Source of the DNA: Lama glama
Taxonomy: Eukaryota
DNA length: 64,000 bases
NCBI GenBank assembly: GCA_028534125.1
Contig: CM052832.1
Location: 11,224,001-11,288,000, forward strand
Direction: 5' to 3'
Numbering within the stretch: position 1 is the stretch's first letter; each line of letters opens with the position of its first letter. Shown here in pieces: positions 49,421 to 62,749 of this stretch. Below the pieces are notes generated by a model. The model had not been told where the DNA came from. It made no database searches and worked only from the letters and a program-made list of their open reading frames with translations. The position numbers and the translations under genes are program-made.

Positions 49421-52400
49421 GACTTGACAAAGTTACCCAACTCTATGATGAAAAGATTTTAGAAATGACAGGCAGGAGCATTATTATCCAGGCTGCTCAA
49501 GTTTGTCCCAGTGGATCATAACTTTCAAAGGGAAACATTCCCCATTGTCCTTTTCAGTACTTTACTTCTTGTAGATCATTTTTCCTGAAACTGCTTTTGC
49601 TAATTTTTTTTCTGTTAGCTTTTATCTGGTTTATCTTTCTTGATCTCTTAACTCAACAGCCCTGAGCCATTTAATTTTTAAATATGGGTCTGGTGGATAA
49701 AACATAGCTGGCTTTTGTCTTTGTAGCCAGATGCAGAGTCCCTGATACTTAGTTGGCTTCTTTAACCTGTTTATATTTATTACAATTACTACAACAGTGT
49801 TTGGAGCTCTTCCTCCTCTCAACTTACTTCTTTCCATTTATCCTACTCTCTGTTTGTTTGGTTTTTTTCCTTTTTTGCTGTTTGTTGGTTGATTGTGTTC
49901 TTTGTTGTTGTTTTTGCCATTTTCTGTTTTCTCTAGCAAGGTGTACATTCTGCTTCAACACCTCTATGTGGTTTAAATTCAGGTATTTAAACTTCTTTGT
50001 ATTTTTTTTTCAGCATCTAAACCTCCTCCCTCTTCCTGCTTGTCTGTCTCTCTTCTCCCCAGGTGGGGACCTTAGCACACTTTTACTTAGCCTCTTCTAC
50101 TCCCCCAGCACTTTTAAGTATTGAGATCAACTGATCATTTCATTCTGGATTGTTTGTAATCATTTTCATTATCGGCATTTACTTAAACTTATCTCTAAGT
50201 TATGTTTGTTTCTTCAGTCATCACTATTTCTTATCCACATATTTGTTTCCTGGATTCCTTTTTAGTTTTGCTGGTAATCATCTTCTAGTAATTTTTTTAG
50301 AGCGAGTTCAAGACATGGGAGCATTCTGAAGCTCTTTATATCCCTTCCCAGTTAAGTAGCAGTTTGCCTGGGTATTGAATTGCAGGTTAACAATCCCTTC
50401 CTCTCATCACTGTGAAGCTATTGCTCCGTAGTCTTCTTCTGAAACTGTTGGCTCAGTCTTTCAGGGTGGTAATTTGCTTTCCAGCCTTGTATATTCTCTA
50501 CCACCTACCTGTTGAATTTTTAATTTTTACAGTTTTATTTTTCACTTGTAGTAAGTGAAAAAAGTCTTCTTGTTTACTGATATAATACCCTTTTTCTTCT
50601 GAACAAAATGATTATCTTTTTGGAAACACTGGCTTTTTTTCCTATATACTTTTTCTTCATGTGAATGTTCTTCTGTTGAGTTTGGTGCCTGGCTTTCCTG
50701 GTACAGAGTTCCCTCAGATAGTTGGTGATTCTCGGTGGTGGGCTCACCTCTGTCATTTGAGAATGCCATTTCTATTCACTGTGCCTCCCCTCATGTCTGT
50801 GGGGAAGGAATGGTGTGGGCTGTGCACAGGTTATGCCCTGAACTCATCTGCTGGGTGTGAGAAGGCTCTTTCCTCCTGGGGGTTGCTCACCACCAGGGGC
50901 TCTGGTCACCGTCTCTAAGCCAGGCTCCTACTCTGTAGGAAAGTGGATAGGCAGATGGAGGCAGACTCACATTTCTCTCTGATTCATCTGCAAAGGAGAG
51001 GGTTATTAAGCAAATTAACACTACCTTAAGAGCCAGAGGAATCACCATTTTCATTGCCTTTAAATATGTCATATAGTACATTAACACTTTGTGTAAACTT
51101 GAAGTGTGTGACTTTGAAATGGTAAAATATAAAATATCAATAAAGGCTCACTAATACACAGCATTTGAAGTAATATTTATCCCCATATGTTGAAAAAAAT
51201 TTTTTAAGAATTATATAATTTGGCAGGCGTGGTGAGTGGAAACTGTGCCGCTTTAGATATTAAACAGAAATGCCTGCTATTCCTGGTGAAGATTTGTCTC
51301 CAGGAACACATTCCCAACATAAATCCAGCTACTCAGCACACTCTTTAATGCTGTTCTATTGGGTTAACCCACTGTAGCTTAACTCTGTTTACTGAGTACA
51401 ATTAAAGCTAAATAAAATTAATTGTATTTCTTCCCCAAATTCTGTAATTCAGGAATCTTACAAATTTAGGCTCACCTTTTCCTACTTAATTCAAATCAGT
51501 TTTATGACTCCATGACTGCAGAATTGTGTGACTGGTGATGCGAATCTATAAAGCTAAAAATTTGTATCATTGAAAATTAAATAGAAGAGTCTTATTTATC
51601 GTTTGGTACATCTCCACTAGGACCTCTTCTAAACTTTGATTTTTCTGAAATATAGCCTATGTTATTTAGTAACAGGTAAAAACTGCCCTCTATCATATTA
51701 ATTTTGCTCGTTGATTTTGGAATAACTTTTTGTAAAGATAGAATTTAGTAGGTCCACAAATATGCGTGGTGTACAGTGTTGCCCCATATAAAAGACTTTG
51801 TATCTTTATTTGTTGTTTCACCTAGTGTTACACTTCTCAAGCTGGAGTGTATTGATCTTGGGAGTACATAGTACTCTGTCAGGGATACCTGAAGCCACAT
51901 GCTAAACACAGCACATCATTCTGGAGTATGAATTTTGCTTAAAGATTAAGGGAGAAAATTTTGAAGTCTAGACATTTTGGCGGTTTTATCACATGCACTT
52001 GTAAATCTGCAGAACCCCTGTTCTCCAGCCAATCTTATGTTTTACCTAAAAGCTTGGGGTGTAGGAAATTTTATTTTAGGTACAGTGAGTAGTTTTGGGA
52101 AAAATCTGTAAATTTAGTGTTATAGGAGAACATGGTTTGAGCAAAATGAATACAGTGCACACTGCCAGGAGGACTGGTTGTGCCAGAGATATAGGTCGCC
52201 ATAGCTGGCGCTACTGGACAGCTAAAGCATCTGCACTGCAACAAGGCCAACCAGGTTGGTTTTTGAAATGCTGCTGTGAACCATTGCTTTTTAACCTTCG
52301 ATTTCACAAATGATGAACATTATCGAGGGCAGTCTTTCAGTTTATGCTAAGAAGAGGGTGAAGGGAAAAAGAAAGCTCCCAGGCCACCACCTTGGACTTG

Positions 52401-52994
52401 GAGAATGACATAGGCCAGTGTCTGTACACTGGTGCTCTGGCTGGATGGCACACCAGGGCTTGGTAGAAGGATTTTTTTTGTAAGAGGGGCAGTCCTATAG
52501 TCCCAGCGGGGCTGGGGCCAAGCTCAGCAGGGGTCTCACCTGTGTTCTAGGAAACAGACTTTGCTAGTGATGCCCAGTCTTGCTGCACAAGCAGAGAACA
52601 GATCCTGCACCTTCAAGATAAGAGAACCAGAATGCAAGAGAAGGTGGGCTGCAGAAGAGTATTTTTTAAAAAATCTTATTGGTCAGTTATTCACCTGCAT
52701 ACACTCATGCTTCTACCTTACCTGGCTCAAAAAATTTGACACCAAGTAGAATAATTCTGGCTTCAGCCCTGGGACTAACTCACTATATAACTCTGGGTCA
52801 GACCTGTCACTTCTGAATCAATTATTCCATGTGAAAAAGGGAGATGCTAATAATACCAAGTTTACAAGTTGTTTTAAGGATGAGAATAAATAATACATAT
52901 AAAGGCACTTTGTGAACTTCAATGCCCTGTTCAGTCTAAGGGTTGAAAAGTTAGAAATCTTTATTCTTTTCGCCACTTTAAATATATACACAGT

Positions 52995-55378
52995 GACTTC
53001 TGCTCCAGACCAAGATGAAGTAGACACGCTTTTCTCTATTGCTCTCACTCAGTACAGCTAAAAACTCTGAGTGTTATATATAAAAGAAACATAGAAGACT
53101 CTGAAAAGTGGAGACAAGAAGGTAGAAGCCAGGGGACCCCAGGGCCTAAAGGAACGATGCAACAGTGAGTTCCCGGTGTTGTTTTGTTTGCCTCATGCAT
53201 CCCAGACTGGATGCTGGAGAAACTAGCAGCCCAGAAACACCAACAGACTCAGACCAAAGTGCCAAAAAAAAATTCTTCTCTCTATAGCCAGAGGACCAGG
53301 AAGGGGGCAACCCAGTGAGACAGAAACTTTTAGGTACTGGTTACCCTACTCCGTCCAAATACCATGGAGAACCCATGGCCCCACCCTTACCCAGACAGCA
53401 AAGGCCTGGCTGTAAAAAGGCACCCCATTCCCCTGCTGCCAGGGTGGTATCTGAGGACATGGTAGGACTTTCATCCCTACTTGGAGGTAACAGTTTCCCC
53501 TTGCCCCTCCCCCAAGTTGTCAGTGGAAGTCTTATGGGATCTGGGAGTTCACCACTATCCAGCAGTAACAAGGCCTCCCCATCCTGCTGTGGTGTCAGTG
53601 AGCATCAGCAAGGTGCCCTGCCTGTTATCCAGGGAGGTGTCAGTTGAGGCATAGAAGACAGCCTGAAGTCTCACCTCCATTGGCTGGAATGAGGCCCCTC
53701 CGTAGGTGCCAAGAGAGGCAAGTGGGGAAACTAGACCCTTACTCCCACCTGGCAGTAGTGAGGTGACGCCAGTAGCGCGTGTCAGAAGAGAAGTTTTATG
53801 ATCTAGAATCTCATAAATAATACCTAAACTATCCAGGATACAATTGAAAAGTAGGCATTAAATAAGAAATATCAAGAACTTTGAAAGTATTAACTTCCGT
53901 AAGGAGAAACAGTTGCTAACACACAAATAAGACAGGTCTCAGAATGATCTGACAAGGATTTTAAAGCAGCCATCATAAAAATGCTTCAGTGAGCAATTAT
54001 GAACATGTTTGAAACAAATGAAAAGATATGAAATCCCAGCCAAAAAAATGAAGATATAAAGAAAAACTAAATGGAAATATTGGACTGAAAAGTACAATAA
54101 CTGAAATTAAAATTTTAGTGGATGGTTCAACAGTAGAATGGAGAAGTCAGATGAAAGAATCAATAAATAATAAATATGAAAATATAACAACAGAAATTAC
54201 CCAACATGGACAACAGAAAGAAAATAGACTGAAAAAAAAAATGAGCAGACTCTCAGGTACCTGTGAGAACTACAGCAAAAGATCTAACATTCATGTCATC
54301 AGAGTGCTGAAGGATGGGAGAAAAAGAGTATGGGTGAAAAGTATTCTCAGAAATAATGACTGGAAATCCCCCAAATTTGGCAGAAGGCATAAAACTAGAA
54401 CTTTCTGAAGCTGAGAAAGCTCCAAACAGGATAAACTCAAAGAAATCCACTCTAAGACAAATATTAGTTAAATTCAGAAAATGAAAAACAGAAAATCTGA
54501 AAACAATGAAGAAGGAATGATACCTTACCTACAGGGAAAAAATAATTTGAATTATAATGTATTTTTTATCAGAAGTCGTGGAGCTGGGAAGAAAGTAGCA
54601 GAATATTCTCAAGTGCTAAAGGAAGAGGACTGTCAGCCCAGAAACCGACACCCAGTATAATTATCCTTCAGGAATAAAGGGGAAATAAAGGCATTTTCAG
54701 ACAAAGGGAAACTAAGAGAATTAGTTGTCAGCATATCTACCCTAAAAGAAGGGATAAAGAAGTTCTTTCAAAAAAAAAAGATGGGGGTGGAATGAAGAAA
54801 GAATGAATCTTAGAATGTTAGAACAGAAGGAGCAAGAAAAAGAACAAAAATATGCATTAACAGAAAAAGAATATGAAAACAAATATATGTATATATATGC
54901 ATGACTGGGACATTGTGCTGTATACCAGAAATTGACATATTGTGACTGTACTTCAATAAAAAATTTTAAATGAATTAATAAAATATACTTTTCTTCTTTT
55001 GAGTTTGAAAAGTTATGTTTGGTGAAGCAAAAAAACAAAGCATGACATGACGATTAGAAACAGGGGAGGGTGAAGAGGTTTAAAGGCAAGTAAAGTTTCT
55101 ACATTTCATTCAAACTGTAAACTGTCAGCATCAGTAGATCTCTGTGGTGATGGAATAGTTCTGTATCTTGATTGCAGAGATGGTTTCTTGAATCTGTTCA
55201 TGTGATAAAATGCCATAGAACGCTACTGTACCAATATCAGTTTCCTGGTCTTGATCATACACTATAGTTAAGCAAGTTATAACCACTGGGGGAAACTGGA
55301 TGAAGGATACACAGAACCACTCGGTATTTCCTTTGCAACTTCCTGTAAGTGTATAATTATTTCTAGGTATAATATTAA
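52995..55378 (+). mobile_element. Old L1 (L1MC/MD-like): 5' UTR, ORF1 remnant and spacer joined to 3' UTR, ORF2 absent
   Basis: KRSNIHVIRV and CQPRNRHPV*LSFRNKGEIKAFSDKGKLREL (54631-54723) match L1 ORF1; from about 55138 the sequence is L1 3' UTR (ctctgtggtgatggaatagttctgtatcttgattg..tttgcaacttcctgt). Confidence 0.8.
54860..54970 (+). mobile_element. Young short L1 3' end (camelid-type) nested in the older L1
   Basis: aaaagaatatgaaaacaaatatatgtata..tgcatgactgggacattgtgctgtataccagaaattgac..gtacttcaataaaaa. Confidence 0.7.
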
Positions 55379-56363
55379 TATTCCCAGATATGAAAATTTT
55401 AGTGTCACTTGTCTTGTGATATTCTTCTATTCAGTAAATTCGGTAATCTGAATAATTAGACTAGAACTTCTCCCCCAAGGGCCTCAACAAAGCTAATTTC
55501 ATTAGAATTCATCAAAATATGCCTGCCAGTAAACATTTTCTTTCTCAAAGTTGTCTTTCAAGTAGAAAACACTGGTCACCACCAAACTGTACAAAAACCC
55601 ATTGGCTCCCACAGATCTACTCAACTTTAGGTCACAGTTCCACCTCACTAGAGGCATTGTTTATAACAAGGTACCTGTTACTGGCTGCACTTCCTACTAT
55701 ACTGAATTTCCTTGTGACATTACATTTATGACTTCTGTGATTTTACTAGTATTGTTAAATTTAAAATCTTAACACCTTTTAAATTTAACTGAAACATATA
55801 CGTTTAACTGAAAACATGGCTTTGTGTTTAAAAACAGGAACTTGTAACCATGGAGTTACATAAGATCATGACCTTGAGGTGCTCCACTGAGCTCTTAGTA
55901 AGAAAGTGGATAATAATGCCTCCACCCACACCTAATGAACTTGCCGAGGGCAGCAGTGCAGTCCATCAAACAAGCCTAGGTTGTACTAAGGATGCACTTT
56001 AAAAATAGGGATTTTATTATTGCAGGTAAACAAATGAGGCTAAATCTGGATACCCTTCTTAGGAGTGACCAGTCAAGAAATTGCATGAGACCATCATTTC
56101 TGCAATGATAACAAGTTAAAACTATTTGTAATTCATTTGGTAAAATACCTCTGAACAACTAGCCTGAGAGTTGTATGAAGCCATTTGATTGTGGGCACTG
56201 TGAGTTCTCTGGCAGAGCACATTCATGTTCTGAAACATGAAAATCACTGGGTCACTGAGAAAATAAAAAAAAACATTGCTTGAATTAAAGACAGTAAGAG
56301 AGACTGACCAGTAGATCAGAGATGCCCTCACACAGCGCTGTGACTCCTTAGCTAGAAAATACT

Positions 56364-56808
56364 TGTCTGAGGCTGGCCCCCCGCCTCCCACAAGCACATT
56401 CCAAGGTCAGGATTTGAGTGAAAGTAGCCCAGGAAGCACCAGTTGGGATGTGGAGAAATGAGACAGGGAAGGAAAGGAAGCCACTTCCCGGCCCATTAAA
56501 GAGCAGGCTACTGCCGTGGGCGACTGGGACTCAGTCCCACTAGAATCCTCTAGGGGGCTGTGAGGAGCCTGCCTCAGAGTTGTCCCACCCAAGGGTCAGC
56601 TGAGCACCTATGTAGTTAACCACCCCTGTCCATCATTGGTTAGAGGGCTGCTTCCAGCCTCACCTGTACATGAACTAAACAAGCACCTTAGGTGGGACCA
56701 GTGTGGGGGCAGAGAGCCACAGGCCCTGGCAGTGAGAAGCCATCAGGGTGAATAGGTGCAGGGAGTCTTGAGTAGACAGGGATGGGAGCACCGCTCGCTT
56801 CTGCTACA
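56364..56808 (-). mobile_element. ERVL-type solo LTR (LTR33-like)
   Basis: tgtctgaggctgg..aggatttgagtgaaagtag..gagacagggaaggaaaggaagcc..ctgctaCA. Confidence 0.6.
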
Positions 56809-56981
56809 GTACACCCACATTTCTGCCAGTTGTAGCCTGAAAACTTCTGGGCTTCTCTCTTCAGCAAGTTCCCAACAGAAGAGCAGATTAAAACAAAGTC
56901 CAAAAGGAAACTCAGAAATAGTGTTCTTTGTATCTCCATTTTATGTGAGATTGGGGTCTTAATACATGCAATACCAGAATG

Positions 56982-57023
56982 AAGACAAGTTATCTGAAAA
57001 AAAAAAAAAAGACAAGTTATCTG
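56982..57023 (+). mobile_element. Poly(A)-only retro-insertion with perfect 15-bp TSD
   Basis: aagacaagttatctg + A12 + aagacaagttatctg. Confidence 0.8.
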
Positions 57024-57169
57024 CACATTGAGTGTGGGTGAGAGAGCTCGCCACATTTCTTCCCAATATTCTGACATTCACATACTCAGGATTGTTCTGG
57101 GCATTCATCCTTGAGCATATGAGAAAACTTCCCTCATTCATAAATAGTTAAAAACATTATTTTTCGTAT

Positions 57170-57552
57170 CGCTATTCCTCAAACACATCAAATGTGTTCC
57201 CAACTCAGGGCCTCTGCACTTGCTGTTATTCCCTTTGCCTAGAACCCTCCTGTTCCCAGGTTTGCTCCTGGCCTGTCCAGTCCTGTCCTCCAGTTCTCTG
57301 CTCACATGTCCTCTCCATGAGACCTCCCCTGACCACCCTCACTCCTTTGTGCTCTGGTCTTCTTTATAGCATCATCACCAACTGACATACTGCACGCAGT
57401 ATTTTCTTGTTAAATTTGTTAATTGCCTGCCTCCGTCCCACTCAGACGTAAACTTGGTGAAAGTAAAAGCTCTCTACCTGTTCACTGCTGTATCCCCAGC
57501 TTGGGGAACGCTGTTAGGTACATGCTGGCTGGTCCGTGAATATTTGTTGAGT
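57170..57552 (-). mobile_element. L2 3' end
   Basis: ctcagggcctctgcacttgctgtt..tgttcactgctgtatcccca..aatatttgttga. Confidence 0.8.
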
Positions 57553-57746
57553 GAGAGAACTAGGACACAGAAGGGTAGCCTTTGGGAGCTGTAGCCTTCC
57601 CTTTCTTGCTGAATGCATAGTGATGGGTTTTATTTCTTGTCAAAGGAGTTTTCCTTTTGGTTACTTCCTGAGATATTTTTTGGAACGAGGCCTTTTCTGT
57701 GAATCGAAGATAAAACAACAGATAGCTGATTTTTTGGTCTAGTCTA

Positions 57747-57921
57747 ATGGTTCTCGTAGTGTGGCCCCTGGACCAGCAGCATGAGTATCACAGAGGAACC
57801 TGTTAACAAACGCAAATTCTCGGGGCTCACCCAGACCTACTGAATCATAGCAGTCTATGTCTTAACAAGCCATCTAAGTGATTCTGATGCACTAAACTAG
57901 AACTAAAGTTTGAGATTCTCT
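57747..57921 (+). mobile_element. MER5A-like hAT element
   Basis: tggttctc..gtgtggcccctggaccagcagcat..cagacctactgaatca..gtgattctgatgcac..aaagtttgaga. Confidence 0.8.
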
Positions 57922-58127
57922 GATCTTGGCATAAAGCTTAATATAGATTGGGAGGGGTTGGTGGGGGAAGGTAGGGACAGAGGGTACTCGTATTTTTCTT
58001 TAATGATCTCTTTCCCAGAGATCTGAGATGTACTCTGTACAACTTTACAATTCCAAAATTAGTGTTTGTTTGTTGATAAGTTACATCGCACTTATTTCTA
58101 AAATAAATTGAAGCACTTATCCTAATG

Positions 58128-58221
58128 CTAGGACAGGCTTTTGGGGTGTGAGACCTACATAGCAGCAAAGGGCCCCATGTTCAGAAGGGCACCCCTCTTG
58201 GTTTAATACTCTGTTGTTAAC
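58128..58221 (+). mobile_element. MER91-like fragment
   Basis: agggccccatgttcagaagggc..ttggtttaatactctgttgt. Confidence 0.6.
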
Positions 58222-58359
58222 ATTTATAGAAGATTAAAAACTAACAGAGACATCAGAAACTATTTGGACTAAGTTAGGTAATTAATTATAATTACTTTTT
58301 ATAAATAATTATGATTAATTATGATTAGGTAGGTAATTAAAGAAGTAATTGTGGGAGAT

Positions 58360-58600
58360 TGTATTACACATTGATTACAGCCGTGGGCTTTGGAGCCATA
58401 CAAGCACAGTTCAGATCCCAACTTTAATATGTAAAAGCTGCATGGCTTTGGGCAAGTGACTTAATCTCTCTGTGTTTCAGTTTTAAATCTGTAAATGGGG
58501 AAAGTGATACTGTAATAGCTGCTTCATTTGCCATGATGATCAAATGAACTATATATGAAAATATATGCTCCAGTACATAATATGTGCTCACTATTAGCCA
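58360..58600 (+). mobile_element. MIR
   Basis: ctttggagcca..ttgggcaagtgacttaatctctctgtgtttcagttt..ctgtaaatgggg. Confidence 0.75.
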
Positions 58601-59259
58601 TCATCCATTTTTGGCTCCTCACCAACGTTTTTATAGAAAAAGATTCTTCATTCCAATTCAGAATTTTACCAAGTTATGAATGTTTTTCTTTATGGATTTT
58701 TTCCCCTTGACTGTTTTTAGATTTGGTTTCTCCTGAGGCACAAGTTTGCAATTTTACCATAGATCTTTATTTCAGGATTTGAAGATGCATTTACAGGTGA
58801 TCCAAAGGTATTTCTAGTTATTTGTATTCACCTTCACATCCTCCCAAAGAGTGATATACAAAGAAAGCAAATAGAATGCAAAGCCTTCTGGAAAATCTTT
58901 CCTACCCAAATGTGTAGTGATTGATTACAACTGGCAAGATTTTTACTATAGTTATTTGAATTTATAATTGACTGTGGCAAAAAGCACAACCATAGTTAAA
59001 ATATGTTGTCTAAATTTGGGGGGAAAATATAGCAGTAAATCTATCTAATGCTTTGTCACTTGTAGATCTAAATATCTTCCTCATTTGAAAGTTGCTTTAC
59101 TTGGAGCAGAGCTCTTTTAGCAAAATTTCTGTCATTCTCAATGAATTTGGCTTTCCTATTCTTGGCCATGTGCTTTTGGTCAGATTTTTTGTGTACTTCT
59201 TGCTAAATAACATGAACAAATTTACTTGCTGTTATTTGATAACAGTGAGGATATATTAT

Positions 59260-59450
59260 ACTTTATATAGGGCTTTTCCAGCCTTATAGCACTTTCACAG
59301 GTTTTATCTCACTTAATTTTTACCGTAGCACTATGGTAGATAGGTGTTTTTTTCCCATTTTAGATGAGAAAACCAGGACTCTGGGCATTTAGTGGACTTC
59401 TGCAGTGTCACACAGTCATTAGGTTGTGGAGCTGAGACTAGAATAGATCT
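59260..59450 (-). mobile_element. MIR
   Basis: cccattttagatgagaaaacc..gtcacacag. Confidence 0.7.
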
Positions 59451-61028
59451 TCCTTTCATAGTCCTGTGATCCTTAAATTGATGTATCACACAGCTGCATT
59501 TATGTATTTCCTTCCATTTCGCAAAAATTGCCCTGATTAAATTCACCAGTGATGTTCCTGTCATTGAATCAGTGGACATCTTTCAGTCTTCATCCTGTTT
59601 GACCTTTCAGCAGCATTCGACAGTGTTAACTCTTTCCTCCTGGCAAATAGGAAAATTGAGATGTTTGTTTTGTCTTGGCCAGTGTTGGGGGGTGCGGTTG
59701 GATGCAGGCGGTTGAGAGACAACCTCCCTTTCACCTCCCACACCCGAGTTTTGCCTGTTGTGCTCCAGACATCCATCATCTCTGTATGGTTTTCTAACTA
59801 CCACACCCTTTTCCCTTGCTCTGTCAAATTTTCATGTGCTTCAAATAACATCTTCCTGCCCATAAAAATATCTTCATTCAATGTAGCTGTTCTCAGAGGA
59901 AAACAAGTAGATTAGATAAATTAAATGTTATTCATCACTCATTCAGCTAACATTTATGGAGTGCTACCTATATATCAGGCAGGGCAAGTAAGTCCTAACT
60001 TCCTTAGAGAAATTTTTGTTAAACAGGGTAAGGTCCTTGTTTACCAAAATTAGGCCAAGACTGGTAGAATTCCAGGCACAATGATATACAGAAATGAAAG
60101 ATACTAAGCTGTGCATCAGAAGACATTTTGAGCAAAGGCTTCCATGCCTGTCATCCTCACAGATTCTGATAAGGGAGAACTGTCCCAGCCACAGTTTCCA
60201 GGGGAAGTGGTTGTGACTCTGTGACTTTGTCCCCGGCAGCATGGTCAGAAGAAGGAATCTGAGTCAAAGGCAGCAACGTAAAGGCTGCCTGTGACTTAGG
60301 AGGTGGATCTGGAGCTGATACTGTTGCCCAAATAGAAATGATCTGGGGCCATTAGAGTGGTGCCCTTGGAAGTACGAACTGGGGAGATTTGGACAAAGCA
60401 GACTTCTGGCTGCAGGAGCAGAGGCTGGAAGACGATCAGGTAGAGTGTGGAGGGATTGCGGTAGATAGAGGGGAGGACAGTTATGAATCAGCAGAAGCTA
60501 TGACCTAGACAGAGGTATACAAGGAGAAGGTCCTCAGAGATAGAGGCTTAATGGGCTGTTTCCACATGCTCTCATATTCTTACAATGACCTTCCTTTTCT
60601 TGGTTTTTGGTTATTACAACCAAATCCATTTAATTAAATCAGGATCACATTTTAGAAGTTGACTTGATCTGCTTTGTTTATACCTAATGTTAGCCTGAAT
60701 AAAGCTTTAAATATTACTGTTCCCCCCAGTTTTGTTGAGGTATGATTGGCAGAATAAAACATATATATATTTAGATTGTACACCATGATTTTTTTAATAA
60801 TTACTTTTGAGTGTATTGAATGTCTAGAAGCAAAATGATAGTTGTGCAAATCAAGTTTAATGCTTGAATCAGTTATCAAGTCTAGTTCTCCAGCATGAAA
60901 TGCAAAACCTGTATTCTTCACTAGTGACTGTGGGTGAAGCATATCTTGTCATTTCTGTGCCCCAAGCCTTTCAGTTACTCCCTATTTCATTCAGAGAAAA
61001 AGCCCAGCTCTTCATGATGGCCCGGAAG

Positions 61029-62743
61029 CAGCTCTGGCTTCTTGGACGTGGGCTGTGTCGTCTTGTAGGGCTCTGCACTGAAAAGGGTCCCATGATTGGT
61101 TTAATCTTCTGCTGTTGCCATCTTGAAATTCTTAATAATTTTATTTTTCAAGTTGCATTTTAAAAGTCAAGCCCAGTGGAACAAAGGAGCATATTCATGA
61201 AGAAAGGAGATCCCTGGCTTAGGCAGAGGAGGTGGCATCCACTAATAGCATTTGGCCAGTTGCACAGCTAGGAACAGTCCAGGGTGCTGTGGGGCCCCTG
61301 AGGGGGCAGGCACACTGGGATCTGGACCAATAAGGGGGAGCCACCGCCACAGCATCAGCGGAAGTAGCCATGAGAGATGGTAGGGACTTCCCAAGGGAGC
61401 AGCACCAGGACAGCCCTGCAAGGCTGGCTGTCCCTTGTGTCCTGAGAGTGGGTCCTGGCAGCATCTGACATTTAACTCTCCAGCCCGAGCACTGGAACAG
61501 GAACTGCTGGTGCCCAGGCTGCGAGCTTTATCAGTAAGTTATTAACGAATAAAAGCGGACATGTGGACATTGCAGTAAAGCATATCAGAGAGGTGTTAAA
61601 ATTCTTCAGAAAGCTTAGAATTTTCAGTTTTGAAAATTGCTGCAACATTGTAAAGAAAATATCTGCAGGCTTCGAAATAGAAATTAAATTTAAAGATCAT
61701 CACATTCAATAGAAAAGACTTTTTATATGAAGCTTCAGATGAACTAATTAATGAAGAAGATAATTTTAAAATTAAATTTTTCCTTAGAATCCTATAGGTA
61801 CAGTGATTGAATGCTTAAACAGGTGTTTTGAACAATGTAGAAGTTATAAAGCCACTCTCAGCTTCTTGTTCAACCTCCACAAGTTGCAGGAGGTATCAGA
61901 GGAAACATTAAAATACATTGTATATATTTGCATTTAAAATTAAATTCAAATTTACATGAAACTGATTTATATGAAGGGTTAAGTCTTTTTAGAGAAATTG
62001 TTTTATAAGATTCATCAGCTTAGTATATTAAAATTTATATTTTGAAATAATTTATAGGATATTTATCTCAATGCTGTCACAGCCTGTGAAATACTCTTAA
62101 CAACTCCAGTAACAGTTGCATCAGCAGAAAGATGAGAAAGCTCAAAATTAAAAATTATCAAAAATTATTTGTACATTACATCCCCATGACTTACTTGTTT
62201 TATAACTGGAAGTTTGTACCCTTTGACCACCTCTGCCCACCATGGTGACTGTAGTTAGTAATATTGTATTATATATTTCAAAGATGATAGATCCTACACT
62301 GCTAAGAGAGTAGATCCTAAGTTACCATCACAAGAAGGAAAACTTCTGAAAGAAGAGTTATTTGTGATCTTGCATTTGCTAAGTTTTCAGTTATATTAAT
62401 TGAAAATGAAATTGCTAAAAATATAAAATTCGATGATCTTGTAAATGAATACGTAGAAAAACAAGTCAGGAAAATTATGTGATCCATCAAGATATATTAC
62501 TAAAGTTTTATTTTTTAGTTTTATAAAATATAATACCGACTTCTTTTCAGTTTGAAAGTTTATCATTACTCATGTAATACTATTATTCATGTAATTGTAA
62601 GTAATTACTATATTATAGGTGCCAAATATTTTTAAAGGAAAAAGCTTTATATTTTAATATCTTTGATAGCATTTTTCCTTTTCGAACAAGGGGCCCTGCA
62701 TTTTTGTAATGTATTTGGCCTCACCAATATTGTAACTAGCTCG
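61029..62743 (+). mobile_element. Zaphod-like hAT-Tip100 transposon with hATC domain remnant
   Basis: Zaphod/MER91-type termini; 62061-62171 translates IYLNAVTACEILLTTPVTVASAER*ESSKLKIIKNYL (hAT dimerization motif). Confidence 0.85.
62171..62352 (+). mobile_element. Short L1MA 3' UTR insertion with 5' inversion, inside the hAT element
   Basis: Antisense at 62171-62230, sense from 62241; degenerate TSD aaaaattatttgt and aagagttatttgt. Confidence 0.75.
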
Positions 62744-62749
62744 ACCAAA

